From: an uncultured Actinomycetes bacterium
GTDB lineage: Bacteria; Actinomycetota; Actinomycetes; Mycobacteriales; Nakamurellaceae
Assembly (NCBI GenBank): GCA_964624455.1
Contig: CAZUXD010000007.1
Coordinates: 5,126-69,125, forward strand
DNA: 64,000 bases
Direction of reading: 5' to 3'
Position numbers and translations under genes: made by a program. This document shows, in pieces, positions 1 through 11,941 of the stretch. Under the pieces are notes generated by a model, which did no database searches, was not told the DNA's origin, and saw nothing but the letters and a program-made list of their open reading frames with translations. Position 1 is the stretch's first letter, and each line of letters opens with the position of its first letter.

Positions 1-480
1 AGCCACCCGCACATGTTCGGCGTGCAGGTGGAGTGGGCGCGGGCGCTTTCCACCCGGGTGCTGGTGTGCTCGGCCGACCGGCGATGGCTGGGTCGCACGG
101 ACGAGCGGATCGACTTCTGGTCGGAGCGGCTCGACGTAGCCGACGGGCTGACGCTGCATCAGGTCGGCGGGCACTTCGTGGGCAGCGCGGTGGCGCACTG
201 GCCCGCCGGCGCGGGCGGGCTCGGCGTGCTGCTGACCGGAGACACGATCTTCCCGAACCCGGACCGGTGGTCGGTCGGCTTCCTGCGGAGCTATCCGAAC
301 AAGATCCCGCTGTCGGCGGCGGTGGTCGATCGGATCGCCACGCAATTGGGTGCGCTGGCGTTCGATCGGATCATCGGCAACTTCGGCAACACCATCTCCA
401 GCGGCGGGCAGCAGGTGCTTCGACGATCCGCGGAGAGGCATATCGCCTGGGTGCGAGGCGATTTCGACCACATCACCTGA
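1..480 (+). CDS. MBL-fold metallo-hydrolase-like protein, 5'-truncated by window edge
   Basis: Frame-1 ORF is open to position 1 (SHPHMFGVQVEW...). The C-terminal part (…LHQVGGHFVGSAVAHW…LLTGDTIFP…) resembles beta-lactamase-fold hydrolases. Stop at 478-480. Confidence 0.5.
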   Translation, partial: SHPHMFGVQVEWARALSTRVLVCSADRRWLGRTDERIDFWSERLDVADGLTLHQVGGHFVGSAVAHWPAGAGGLGVLLTGDTIFPNPDRWSVGFLRSYPNKIPLSAAVVDRIATQLGALAFDRIIGNFGNTISSGGQQVLRRSAERHIAWVRGDFDHIT

Positions 481-3983
<3,503 letters not shown>

Positions 3984-4047
3984 TCGCGCGGTGCACGAGG
4001 TGGCATGGTGCGCAGGCGAAATCGCGCCCGATCGGTCGGGCCGCGCG

Positions 4048-4212
4048 ATGAACTGGATGCCGGTGATCTTCGTGGCGCTGTGCGGCTTCTTCGGGGCCGG
4101 CGCGGTGTCGATGTGGCGCACCGACCACCGGGGGGCGTCGATCGCGCTGATCGTGCTGAGCCTGATCTGCCTGGGCATCGGCATCCTGTGGTTGCTGCCG
4201 GGCAGGGGATGA
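4048..4212 (+). CDS. Small two-TM membrane protein (54 aa) between hisB and hisH
   Basis: ATG 4048, [23 protein letters not shown]…[19 protein letters not shown], giving two hydrophobic helices. It fills the hisB-hisH gap. No homology could be checked. Confidence 0.4.
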   Translation: MNWMPVIFVALCGFFGAGAVSMWRTDHRGASIALIVLSLICLGIGILWLLPGRG

Positions 4213-4285
4213 CGGTGCCGGTCCGCGCGCGAGTTCCGTTGCCGGCGGCCTCGTCACCGCCGGCGCCCGAGGGAGCGCGAGCGTC

Positions 4286-4918
4286 GTGAGCCGCATCGTG
4301 GTGCTGGACTACGGATCCGGCAACCTTGCCTCGGCCCGCCGCGCGCTGGCCCGGCTCGGCGCCGACGTGCAGGTCACCGCCGACTTCTCCGCGGCGCTGA
4401 ACGCGGACGGGCTCGTCGTTCCAGGGGTGGGCGCCTTCGCCGCCTGCATGGCGGGGATCCGCGCGGTTCATGGCGGGCGGCTCATCGGCCGCAGGCTGGC
4501 CGGGGGGCGGCCGGTGCTGGGCATCTGCGTCGGCATGCAGGTGCTCTTCGCTGCCGGCGTGGAACACGGTGAGCGGACGGAGGGCCTCGCGGAATGGCCG
4601 GGCACCGTGGAGCGGCTCCGGGCGCCGATCGTGCCGCACCTCGGTTGGAACACGGTTGCGGCCGGCACTCCTTCGGTGCTCTTCGGCGGGCTGGACCCGG
4701 GCACCCGCTTCTACTTCGTGCACTCCTATGCCGCGCGAGCCTGGGAGCTCGCGCCGTCCGCGCCGTTCACCCCGCCGGTGGTCAGTTGGGCCGAGCACGG
4801 CGGGGATCGGTTCGTGGCCGCGGTGGAGAACGGGCCGCTCGCCGCGACGCAGTTCCATCCGGAGAAGTCGGGCGACGCGGGCGCGGCACTGTTGCGGAAC
4901 TGGTTGCAGGGTCTTTAA
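4286..4918 (+). CDS. hisH: Imidazole glycerol phosphate synthase, glutamine amidotransferase subunit
   Basis: Class-I GATase motifs ([29 protein letters not shown]). GTG start preceded by GAGGGAG. Confidence 0.92.
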   Translation: MSRIVVLDYGSGNLASARRALARLGADVQVTADFSAALNADGLVVPGVGAFAACMAGIRAVHGGRLIGRRLAGGRPVLGICVGMQVLFAAGVEHGERTEGLAEWPGTVERLRAPIVPHLGWNTVAAGTPSVLFGGLDPGTRFYFVHSYAARAWELAPSAPFTPPVVSWAEHGGDRFVAAVENGPLAATQFHPEKSGDAGAALLRNWLQGL

Positions 4919-4960
4919 AGTGCAGGGCCTTTGAAGTGCAGGGCCTTTGAAGTGCAGGGC
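4913..4960. repeat. 16-bp tandem repeat x3 (CTTTRAAGTGCAGGGC)
   Basis: Copies at 4913-4928, 4929-4944 and 4945-4960. The first copy contains the hisH TAA stop (4916-4918). Confidence 0.9.
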
Positions 4961-4975
4961 CGGGCATCTACCGGT

Positions 4976-5377
4976 TCAGGCGGGCGGCGAGATGACCTGT
5001 AGCCCTGGGACGCGCCGGAACTCGTCGGTGTTGCCGGTGGCGAGGCTCATGCCGTGCGCCAGGGCGGTCGCCGCGATCCAGAGGTCATGGGCACCGATGA
5101 TCTGTCCCTTCGCGGCCAACTGGGACCAGACTTCGGCATGCACTCGAGCGATCTGATCGGTGATCTCGATCGCCGATATCCCCGCAAGTATGTGTTCGAC
5201 GAACGCGCTCCGACGGGCCCGTTGCGCGCCACTGGCCCGATGGACGCCATGCAGGAGTTCGCTGACGGTGATGACGCTGATCGCCCGCTCCTCGATCCCG
5301 ATGGCGCGGTCGACCGTAGGATTGGCAATTCCGCGTTCCCGGTCAACGAGCAGGCCGGTATCGATCAGGACTGCCAT
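4976..5377 (-). CDS. vapC: PIN-domain ribonuclease toxin (VapC family)
   Basis: 133 aa starting MAVLIDTG. Conserved acidic PIN residues D6, E40, D98, D118. It overlaps the upstream antitoxin gene by 13 nt. Confidence 0.85.
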   Translation of the reverse strand: MAVLIDTGLLVDRERGIANPTVDRAIGIEERAISVITVSELLHGVHRASGAQRARRSAFVEHILAGISAIEITDQIARVHAEVWSQLAAKGQIIGAHDLWIAATALAHGMSLATGNTDEFRRVPGLQVISPPA

Positions 5378-5622
5378 GCGTCCTCGGGCGGCGCTACGGT
5401 GGCCCGCGCCGCGCGGACGTCGTCCAGGAAGCTCGGATCCACCGGCGGGGCGTCGGTGATTAACTCCCGGAATCGCTCCGCCGAAATCAGATGGGGCCTT
5501 GGCGGAGAGATGACTGCGACACAGGCTCCGCTGCGCGTGACTTCGACCTTTTCGCCGGCAGCGACCCGGTTGAGCACGTCGGAGAAGGTGCGCGCCGCCC
5601 GGGTGGCGGTCATCCTGGTCAC
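5365..5622 (-). CDS. Type II antitoxin, Phd/YefM-like
   Basis: ~82-85 aa (GTG 5622 or ATG 5613). N-terminal …ATRAARTFSDVLNRVAAGEKVEVTRSG… is typical of Phd/YefM antitoxins. The gene is directly upstream of, and overlaps, vapC. Confidence 0.75.
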   Translation of the reverse strand: MTRMTATRAARTFSDVLNRVAAGEKVEVTRSGACVAVISPPRPHLISAERFRELITDAPPVDPSFLDDVRAARATVAPPEDAWQS

Positions 5623-5718
5623 GATCCCAAGGTATCAGATTAATCAAATTATGGCCGTATGTGCGGGCGCCTTGCGCCGGGCCGGCCGGTTGCCGGTTCG
5701 ATCGGGGGCACCGTAGTA

Positions 5719-5734
5719 TCGAACCTATGTTCGG
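5719..5734 (+). promoter_or_regulatory. LexA (SOS) box, actinobacterial type
   Basis: TCGAACCTATGTTCGG compared with the consensus TCGAAC-N4-GTTCGA (15/16 if the last base is counted). A TAGTAT -10-like hexamer (5713-5718) lies immediately upstream. The imuA' ATG (5727) lies inside the box. Confidence 0.75.
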
Positions 5735-6587
5735 TTCGCGTGAGGGCGGCGGTCGGGACCGCTCGGCGGTCGTCGCCGACCTGCGCCGCCGGATCGGCGC
5801 CATCGACGGGCCGGCCTGGACCGGCGCTGCATCCGAGAACCCGCCGGATGACGGTCGAGCGGCGGCCGGCCCGAGAGTCGGTGGCCCGATAGTCGATGAC
5901 GAGGCAGCCGGGGCCGGCGCCGATCACGGCAGACCCGCCGGGCGCACCGGGGTGCTCGCGGTTCCCGGTCCGCTGGCCGAGGCGTTGCCGCGCGGGGGAG
6001 TGCCCCGCGGTTGCGTGGTGAGCCTTGGCAGCGCCGCCCCCGGGCGAAACGGTGCCACCAGCCTGCTGCTGTCGCTGCTGGCCGCGCCGCCCGGCATCTG
6101 GGCGGCGGTGGTCGGTATGCCCGGTCTGGGGGTGCTGGCAGCCGCCGAACTGGGTGTCGACCTCGACCGGCTCGGCCTGATCCCCGATCCGGGACCGGAT
6201 GTGCTGCAGGTGCTCTCGGTGCTCGCGGACGGGGTGGACGTGATCGCCGCGGCGGCTCCGGCGAAGCTGCCGCCGGCCCGGCAGCGGGTGCTGGTCGGGC
6301 GGCTTCGCCAGGCCGGCACCGTGCTGCTGGTGATGGGCCGCTGGCCCGGCGCCGACCTGTCGATGACGGTGACCGGCGTGCGCTGGTCGGGTATCGGCCA
6401 GGGGCACGGCCGGCTCCGGGACCGGGAGATCGACGTGCAGGTCGCCGGCCGGCGTCTCGGCGTCGGATCGACCGTCACCTTGCTGCTGCGCTCCGACCGG
6501 ACCACCGTCACCGTCCAGGCGGCCGCTCCGGCGGCGCGGCCGGTCCCCGCCGAACTACCGGTCGCGGCGCGCGCCGGTGCGGGCTGA
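5727..6587 (+). CDS. imuA': ImuA'-like SOS mutasome accessory protein (RecA-fold-like)
   Basis: 286 aa. The core (…GCVVSLGS…GATSLLLSLLAAP…WAAVVGMPGLGVLAAAELGVDLDRLGLIPDPG…VDVIAAAAP…LRQAGTVLLVMGRWPGADL…RWSGIGQGHGRLRDREIDV) resembles mycobacterial ImuA' as I recall it. A LexA box sits at the start. imuB-dnaE2 is present in the same window. Confidence 0.7.
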   Translation: MFGSREGGGRDRSAVVADLRRRIGAIDGPAWTGAASENPPDDGRAAAGPRVGGPIVDDEAAGAGADHGRPAGRTGVLAVPGPLAEALPRGGVPRGCVVSLGSAAPGRNGATSLLLSLLAAPPGIWAAVVGMPGLGVLAAAELGVDLDRLGLIPDPGPDVLQVLSVLADGVDVIAAAAPAKLPPARQRVLVGRLRQAGTVLLVMGRWPGADLSMTVTGVRWSGIGQGHGRLRDREIDVQVAGRRLGVGSTVTLLLRSDRTTVTVQAAAPAARPVPAELPVAARAGAG

Positions 6588-6616
6588 CCGGGAGCGGCGC
6601 CGGGCGAGAAGGCACG

Positions 6617-8275
6617 TCATCCGGCGGGCTCCGCCTCTCCGGCACCGGTGCTCCTGGTCTCGTGCAGGTTCGCCAGGGCCGACTTCTCCGGGTTGGGGTC
6701 GGCGTTCCACTTCTGGCCGGTCGACCCGTCGCACGTCGTCACGATCACCTTGAGGTTCTTGTTGTAGGCGTCGTCGACCGGCCCGGGCGACATGCATAGC
6801 CCCACCGAGTCCACCAGCGTGTACTTCTGCTTGTACGGCAAGGGGTCTCCGCCGGCGTCCACCTTCTCGTATCGGGTCCAGGTCTGGTTGTCGACGTAGC
6901 TCCCGTTGCTGCAGGTGCTGACGTACACGTAGCCGCCGACGCTTCGCGAGCTCGTCAGACAATAGGTGCCGGACCCGGGGTACGTGCGCCACTGCACTCC
7001 GCCGGTCACCTCGACCTGGTCGAACTTCTGGTTCCACGCCACCGAACCGGGATTGGGATTCTGCTTGCACGGATACAGGATCAGGAACGACCCGCCGTTG
7101 TCGCCGGTGGCGGTGCTCTGGTTGGTCACGTCCAGGCAGCGGCCGAACAGCAGGAAGTTGACGACCTGGTGGTTCGGCTCACCCGCCTGCCCGGCGCCGA
7201 CGCTCGGCATCGGGTTGAAGGCCTGGTGCGGATCGGTGGTACCGCCGGTGCAGCCTTCGAGGGTCAACGGCTCGCCGCCTCGCTGCTGATCCACGTTGAG
7301 GCAATATCCGTTCAGCCCGCCCTTGCTGGTGGTCGAGCCCTCGAAGTGGCCGCTGTCGTTCACGCTCCACAGCAGGTTCCACGACGCCGTCCCGGGCTCG
7401 CCCTTGGCGGTGTTGGCGGGGCACTTGTCCAGCGTGATGTTGTTCGGCGTCGAACCGACCGTCGGCGAACGAAGGCAGAGCCCGGTCCCGTTGTCGTTCA
7501 ACCCCTTGTCACCCACGGTCGGCGTCAACTGGATGGTCAGGTTGTTCAGGTACGCCCACAGTTGCGGGGCCGGCACCGGCGCACCCCCGGTGGGGCAGGG
7601 TTGGATGACGACGCTGCTGCCGACCGCGGGCGAGATCCCGGCGTCCAGGCAGTAGCTGTCCGCCGAGCCGTCCTCGGGGAAGAGCGGCAGCGCCCCGCCG
7701 GCGATGTTGGCGTTGGTGGTGCTGACGTTGTAGGTGGCCCGCAGCGTGCGGCTGGGCTTCGCCGGGTCGTCGGTTCCGATCGACGTCAACAGCACGAAAC
7801 TCGGCACGGCGGTGTCGGAGCCCGACGCTTCGTCGTGGTAGTAGACCCCGTAGCCCGTGACACACTGCATCTGATGGTCCGCCAGCCACTCGGCGTCGCG
7901 GCCGGTCGGATCGGCGGTGAAGTAGGCGATGGTGACGACGTAGCTGCCGGAGCCGTCCGGGCCGAAAGTGCCGCTGAGGGGGTCGCACGGCAGCTTCGCG
8001 ACGTCGCCCATGAGCTGGCCGCTCTCGTCCTTCTCGCCCGCGGCCCGGATCTGCCCGAGCGCGACGTCCAGGCCGGATTCCGCGGCCTGCAGGCTCACGG
8101 CGCGCCGGTTGTCGAACCGGGTGATGCTGTTCTGCGTCATCGCGATGGGCAGCAGCAGGGCGGCCAGCGCCAGGCCGACGAGCATCACCAGCAAGGCCAT
8201 CGGGAGCGAACCGCGGTCGTCGTCCGGCGGGAACGCCCGACGCCCCGGGTTCGGATCGGGTCGGCAGGCAGTCAT
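6617..8275 (-). CDS. PilX-N-like pilus protein with two ricin-type beta-trefoil lectin modules
   Basis: 552 aa. Hydrophobic N-terminal anchor (GSLPMALLVMLVGLALAALLLPIAM) followed by …AVSLQAAESGLDVALGQI…, which is PilX_N-like. The C-terminal ~330 aa has repeated CL-x-(D/V)…Q-x-W/F triplets (QLW, LLW, QAF; QKF, QTW, QKW) and paired Cys. Its start overlaps the stop of the upstream pilin gene by 4 nt. Confidence 0.7.
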   Translation of the reverse strand: MTACRPDPNPGRRAFPPDDDRGSLPMALLVMLVGLALAALLLPIAMTQNSITRFDNRRAVSLQAAESGLDVALGQIRAAGEKDESGQLMGDVAKLPCDPLSGTFGPDGSGSYVVTIAYFTADPTGRDAEWLADHQMQCVTGYGVYYHDEASGSDTAVPSFVLLTSIGTDDPAKPSRTLRATYNVSTTNANIAGGALPLFPEDGSADSYCLDAGISPAVGSSVVIQPCPTGGAPVPAPQLWAYLNNLTIQLTPTVGDKGLNDNGTGLCLRSPTVGSTPNNITLDKCPANTAKGEPGTASWNLLWSVNDSGHFEGSTTSKGGLNGYCLNVDQQRGGEPLTLEGCTGGTTDPHQAFNPMPSVGAGQAGEPNHQVVNFLLFGRCLDVTNQSTATGDNGGSFLILYPCKQNPNPGSVAWNQKFDQVEVTGGVQWRTYPGSGTYCLTSSRSVGGYVYVSTCSNGSYVDNQTWTRYEKVDAGGDPLPYKQKYTLVDSVGLCMSPGPVDDAYNKNLKVIVTTCDGSTGQKWNADPNPEKSALANLHETRSTGAGEAEPAG

Positions 8276-8934
8276 GGGGTTCCCACCTCCTGGCAGACCG
8301 CTGTGTTTCCGTCGCCGTCGGCCGCCTCGTCCAGGCCGGTGGAGTTGAGCGCGGTGAACGTCACATCGGTGATGCTGATCGTCTGCTGATTGCCGCTGCC
8401 GGCCGTCGAGGACAGGTGGATGCGCAGCGCGCGCTTGTCGAGCACCGTGAACGGCGGCTGGGTGTGCCCGTTCCGCTTGACCGGCGTGATCTGGCCGGCG
8501 AGCACCTCCCAGGAGCTGAGCCCCGATGAGCCGCCGCCGGCGTCGACCGACCAGGTCCGTTCCTGCAGTTGCGACGTGATGGTGTTCACGCGCAACTGGG
8601 TGCAGACCGGGCTGCCGGTGTAGGTGCTCTGGTAGGCGACGTACCAGTTGCCGTCCGCGGCGGTTGTCGAGGCGCCGGAACCGTCGCTGGGGTCGGCGAA
8701 TGCCGAGGCGTACCGCAGCGAGGAGTCGAGCCGGCTGATCGCCGCGTTGATCTGCGCCGAGGTGTCGGTGACCCCCTGGGTCTTGTTGGTCGCGTGGTAC
8801 ATGGACACCATCGCGCCGGTGAAGATCGCCAGGAACAGGCCCATCAGCGCCATGCCCACCATGACCTCGAGCATGGTGATTCCGGAGTCGGCGCCTGCTG
8901 GGCGCCGCGTCGGAGGGCGGTGGGCGCGGATCAT
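8272..8934 (-). CDS. Minor pilin (prepilin-type N-terminal cleavage/methylation domain)
   Basis: 220 aa starting at ATG 8934: MIRAHRPPTRRPAGADSG|ITMLEVMVGMALMGLFLAIF, a class III signal peptide with Glu at +5. ATGA overlap with the upstream giant pilin gene. Confidence 0.75.
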   Translation of the reverse strand: MIRAHRPPTRRPAGADSGITMLEVMVGMALMGLFLAIFTGAMVSMYHATNKTQGVTDTSAQINAAISRLDSSLRYASAFADPSDGSGASTTAADGNWYVAYQSTYTGSPVCTQLRVNTITSQLQERTWSVDAGGGSSGLSSWEVLAGQITPVKRNGHTQPPFTVLDKRALRIHLSSTAGSGNQQTISITDVTFTALNSTGLDEAADGDGNTAVCQEVGTP

Positions 8935-11930
8935 CGGAAGGTCCACTGCTGGCTGCTGTCGGAGTCGTCGGCGGTGGCCATCTGGACCGAATACGTGTAG
9001 CCGTTGCGCCGGCTCCCCGTGCGGTTCGCGTCCAGGACGTTCCCGCTGGCGATCGCGGTGATCCTGCCGTCCGAGCCGATCGAGAATTGCTGCGCGGCGT
9101 TCCCCGCGGCGCAGGAGGCCAGGGTCGGGGGATCGCCCACGTTGGCGTCGGTCAGGCAGCGTTCCGATCCGCTGTACGTCGTCCTGATCGTGCCGTCGCC
9201 CGGCATCGACCACGTGGTGCCGCAGGAGTCGGAGAGCGTGACGGTCCAACTGCTTCCGCGGGTCAGGCAATAGCCGCCGTAGGACGAGCTCTCGATGGTG
9301 CCGCCGGTGATGAGCCAGGTGAACTGCGTGGTCGCGGTGCGGCCGGTCCCGTCGTCGGTGACGGTCACGCTGATGCTCGTGCCGGTCGTCTCGCACGGCG
9401 CCGCGACGGACAGGGTGTGCTGGTTGTCGAAGCTGGCCCAAGAGGCGTTGGTCGACACCGAATAGCTCACGGTCCGGCTGCCGGCGCCGGCCAGCCCGGC
9501 CGAGAGGTCAAGGGACGCGCCGTTGTCGTACTGGCATTCACCCTGCCATCCCCCGCTCGTCGCGCTGGGCGCCGTTGCCCGGTCGGCCAGGTGGAACGAC
9601 AGCACGTACCACGTGAACGTCGCCCGTGCGGTGGCGCCGGTGGCGTCCCTGACCTCGACGGTGATCGGCCCCTTGACGCCGGCGGCATTCGGCGTGCCGG
9701 ACATCCTTCCGGTGCTGGCCAGTGTCACCCCGCTGGGCAGGCTGCCCGAAACGACGCGGTACGTCAGCGGCGCGGTGCCGCCGGAGGCCATGGCGCCCAG
9801 CGAGAGATCGACGGTGTCCTTGGGGGAGTCGCCGAGGATGGTGATCTGGTCGGGGATCGTCAGGCTCAGGCCGCCGACGACGTTCCAATTGAACGTCGCG
9901 CTCGCCGACTGCGCTGGGATCTGCTTGTCGGTGATGGTGACGGTGATCCCGGCGATGGTCGTCGGTGCGGCGGGGGCGGTTCCGGTGATCAGGCCGCTGG
10001 CCTGGTTGATCTGCAACCAGGCCGGCTTGTTGGTCAGCTTGTACGTGCAGGGGCCGACGGAGCTGCACGTCCCGGCGATCTGCAGGCTGATGCCCTGGCC
10101 GACTTCGCTTTGCTGGTCGCCCGGGTTGGTGATGGAGGGCCCGTCGACGACGCGCCAGGTGAACGGCGCGGTGGTGGCACTGGCGCCGCCGGCGTCGGTG
10201 GCGGTGATCGTGATGCCGGAGGTGACGGAGGGGCTGCCCGGTGCCCGGCCGGTGATGGTTCCGCTGGACCGGCCGAGGCTGAGCCAGCCGGGCAGATTCG
10301 TTGCGCTGTAGGTGCATCCGCTGTTCGGGCAGGTTGCGGTCAGTTGCAGGCTCACCTGCTGGCCGACGGTGGCGCGCTGATCACCCGGATTCGTGATCAC
10401 CGGCTTGGCGTACACCCTGATCGAGAACGACGCGCTGGTGGTCTGGTTCGCCGCGGTGTCGGAGACGGTCAGGGTGACGGGATACACCCCTGTCCCGGTC
10501 GGGGTTCCGGTGATGCGGTATCCGGCGGCCGAGTCTCCGGTGAGCGTGGTGCCGGTGGGCAGCCCGGTGGCGCTCATCGTGTAGTTGCCGCTGCCGCCGG
10601 TGAGCGGCAGCGGGAGGTTGAGGGCGGTTCCCAGGGTGAGGTTCACGTCCGGCAACGCCGGCGGCGTGAGCGCCTCGTACACCCGCCAGGTGAAGGAACC
10701 CTCCGCGGTCCGCTTCCCGGAACCGTCGGTGACGGTGACGGTGACGCCGAAGCTGCCGGCGGCAGACGGTGCGCCGGTGAACGTGCCGGTGGTAGAGCCC
10801 AGGCTGATGCCGGTCGGCAGACCTGTTGCCGCATAGCGGTAGTTGCTGCCGCTGCCACCGGTTGCGACGAGCGTGAACGGGGTGATGCCCTTCCCCTTGG
10901 TGGCGACCTGGTCCACGACGGGTCCGAGGGCGAGCCGCGGCAGCACCGTCCAGGTGAACTGGTTCCCGGTCGCCTGGCGCAGGAAGGCGTCTCGCACGGT
11001 GATTCGGGTTCGGACGGTTCCCGCGGCACCGTCGACCGTTCCGGTGATGTGCGCGTCCTGGTTGAGCAGCAGGCCCGACGGCAGCGCGTCCGCGGACCAG
11101 GTGAAGGAGGGCACCCCGCCGGACAGCGTGCAGATCGGCTGCGGCTCGCCCGCCGGGGCGGATCCGAACACCGGCAGGTCGACCTGGTCGCCCACCGCGA
11201 CCGCCTGGTTCTTGCAGGCCGACAGGTTTGGCATCGGCGGCGGTTCGGTGTTGAAGTTGAACATCGGGTCGGCGTCGCCGTTGAGCAGGGTGGCCCCGAT
11301 GCGGTAGCAGGTCCCCGAATCGCAGGAGGCGTCCGGCCAGGTGACGGCGACGACCACGCGCACGTACCGGACGTAGGACACGTCCGGCGAATCGCTGCCG
11401 TTGGTGCAGTTCTGGCTCGCCTGGTCGTCCGAACTGACCCGCCGGCAGGTGCCGACCAGGTAGCTGACGGAATAGTCCACGCCGCCCACTGTCTGCACCA
11501 CCGGCGTGGTCGGCAGGTCCGGGTCTGCGGACGGCGCGGGCGCGGCCGCCTGGTCCATCCCGTCGAGCCATGGCTGCACCGGGGTGCCGGCGAACGACGC
11601 GAACTGCGCGGACACATCACTTCCGCCGCGGCCGGCGACCGCTGCCGCCGCGCCGACGCTGCGCGCGTGATCGATGGCTGCGGTGGTCACGGCGGCCGCG
11701 GATTGCGCCGAGCGCAGGTAGTTCACCGACGACAGGGTGCGGACGAAGAGCGTCGTCAGCGCCGCGGTGACCACGGTGATCAACGTGATGGAGACGATGA
11801 CCTCGAGCAGCGTGAAGCCTCCCGTGCGGTCGGTCTGCACAGGGCGGGGCCGGAAAGGGAACAGGCGCAGGGAAGGTTCCGGGCGGCGGGCGTTACCCGG
11901 GACCCGTGATCGATGCCGCGGTCGGAACAT
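8931..11930 (-). CDS. Giant modular pilin: class III signal peptide + ~7 Ig-like (He_PIG/cadherin-like) repeats + C-terminal ricin-type lectin
   Basis: 999 aa from ATG 11930: …QTDRTGG|FTLLEVIVSITLITVVTAAL. About seven ~90-aa repeats each end in F(T/S/N)W-x-V (…GLPTGISL…TGAPS…VTVTDGSG…FTWRV). The C-terminal ~130 aa has CLT…QQF…VLDA…QQWTF. The longer 1258-codon ORF would overlap pilO and is rejected. Confidence 0.8.
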   Translation of the reverse strand: MFRPRHRSRVPGNARRPEPSLRLFPFRPRPVQTDRTGGFTLLEVIVSITLITVVTAALTTLFVRTLSSVNYLRSAQSAAAVTTAAIDHARSVGAAAAVAGRGGSDVSAQFASFAGTPVQPWLDGMDQAAAPAPSADPDLPTTPVVQTVGGVDYSVSYLVGTCRRVSSDDQASQNCTNGSDSPDVSYVRYVRVVVAVTWPDASCDSGTCYRIGATLLNGDADPMFNFNTEPPPMPNLSACKNQAVAVGDQVDLPVFGSAPAGEPQPICTLSGGVPSFTWSADALPSGLLLNQDAHITGTVDGAAGTVRTRITVRDAFLRQATGNQFTWTVLPRLALGPVVDQVATKGKGITPFTLVATGGSGSNYRYAATGLPTGISLGSTTGTFTGAPSAAGSFGVTVTVTDGSGKRTAEGSFTWRVYEALTPPALPDVNLTLGTALNLPLPLTGGSGNYTMSATGLPTGTTLTGDSAAGYRITGTPTGTGVYPVTLTVSDTAANQTTSASFSIRVYAKPVITNPGDQRATVGQQVSLQLTATCPNSGCTYSATNLPGWLSLGRSSGTITGRAPGSPSVTSGITITATDAGGASATTAPFTWRVVDGPSITNPGDQQSEVGQGISLQIAGTCSSVGPCTYKLTNKPAWLQINQASGLITGTAPAAPTTIAGITVTITDKQIPAQSASATFNWNVVGGLSLTIPDQITILGDSPKDTVDLSLGAMASGGTAPLTYRVVSGSLPSGVTLASTGRMSGTPNAAGVKGPITVEVRDATGATARATFTWYVLSFHLADRATAPSATSGGWQGECQYDNGASLDLSAGLAGAGSRTVSYSVSTNASWASFDNQHTLSVAAPCETTGTSISVTVTDDGTGRTATTQFTWLITGGTIESSSYGGYCLTRGSSWTVTLSDSCGTTWSMPGDGTIRTTYSGSERCLTDANVGDPPTLASCAAGNAAQQFSIGSDGRITAIASGNVLDANRTGSRRNGYTYSVQMATADDSDSSQQWTFR

Positions 11931-11941
11931 GGCGGCCGTTC

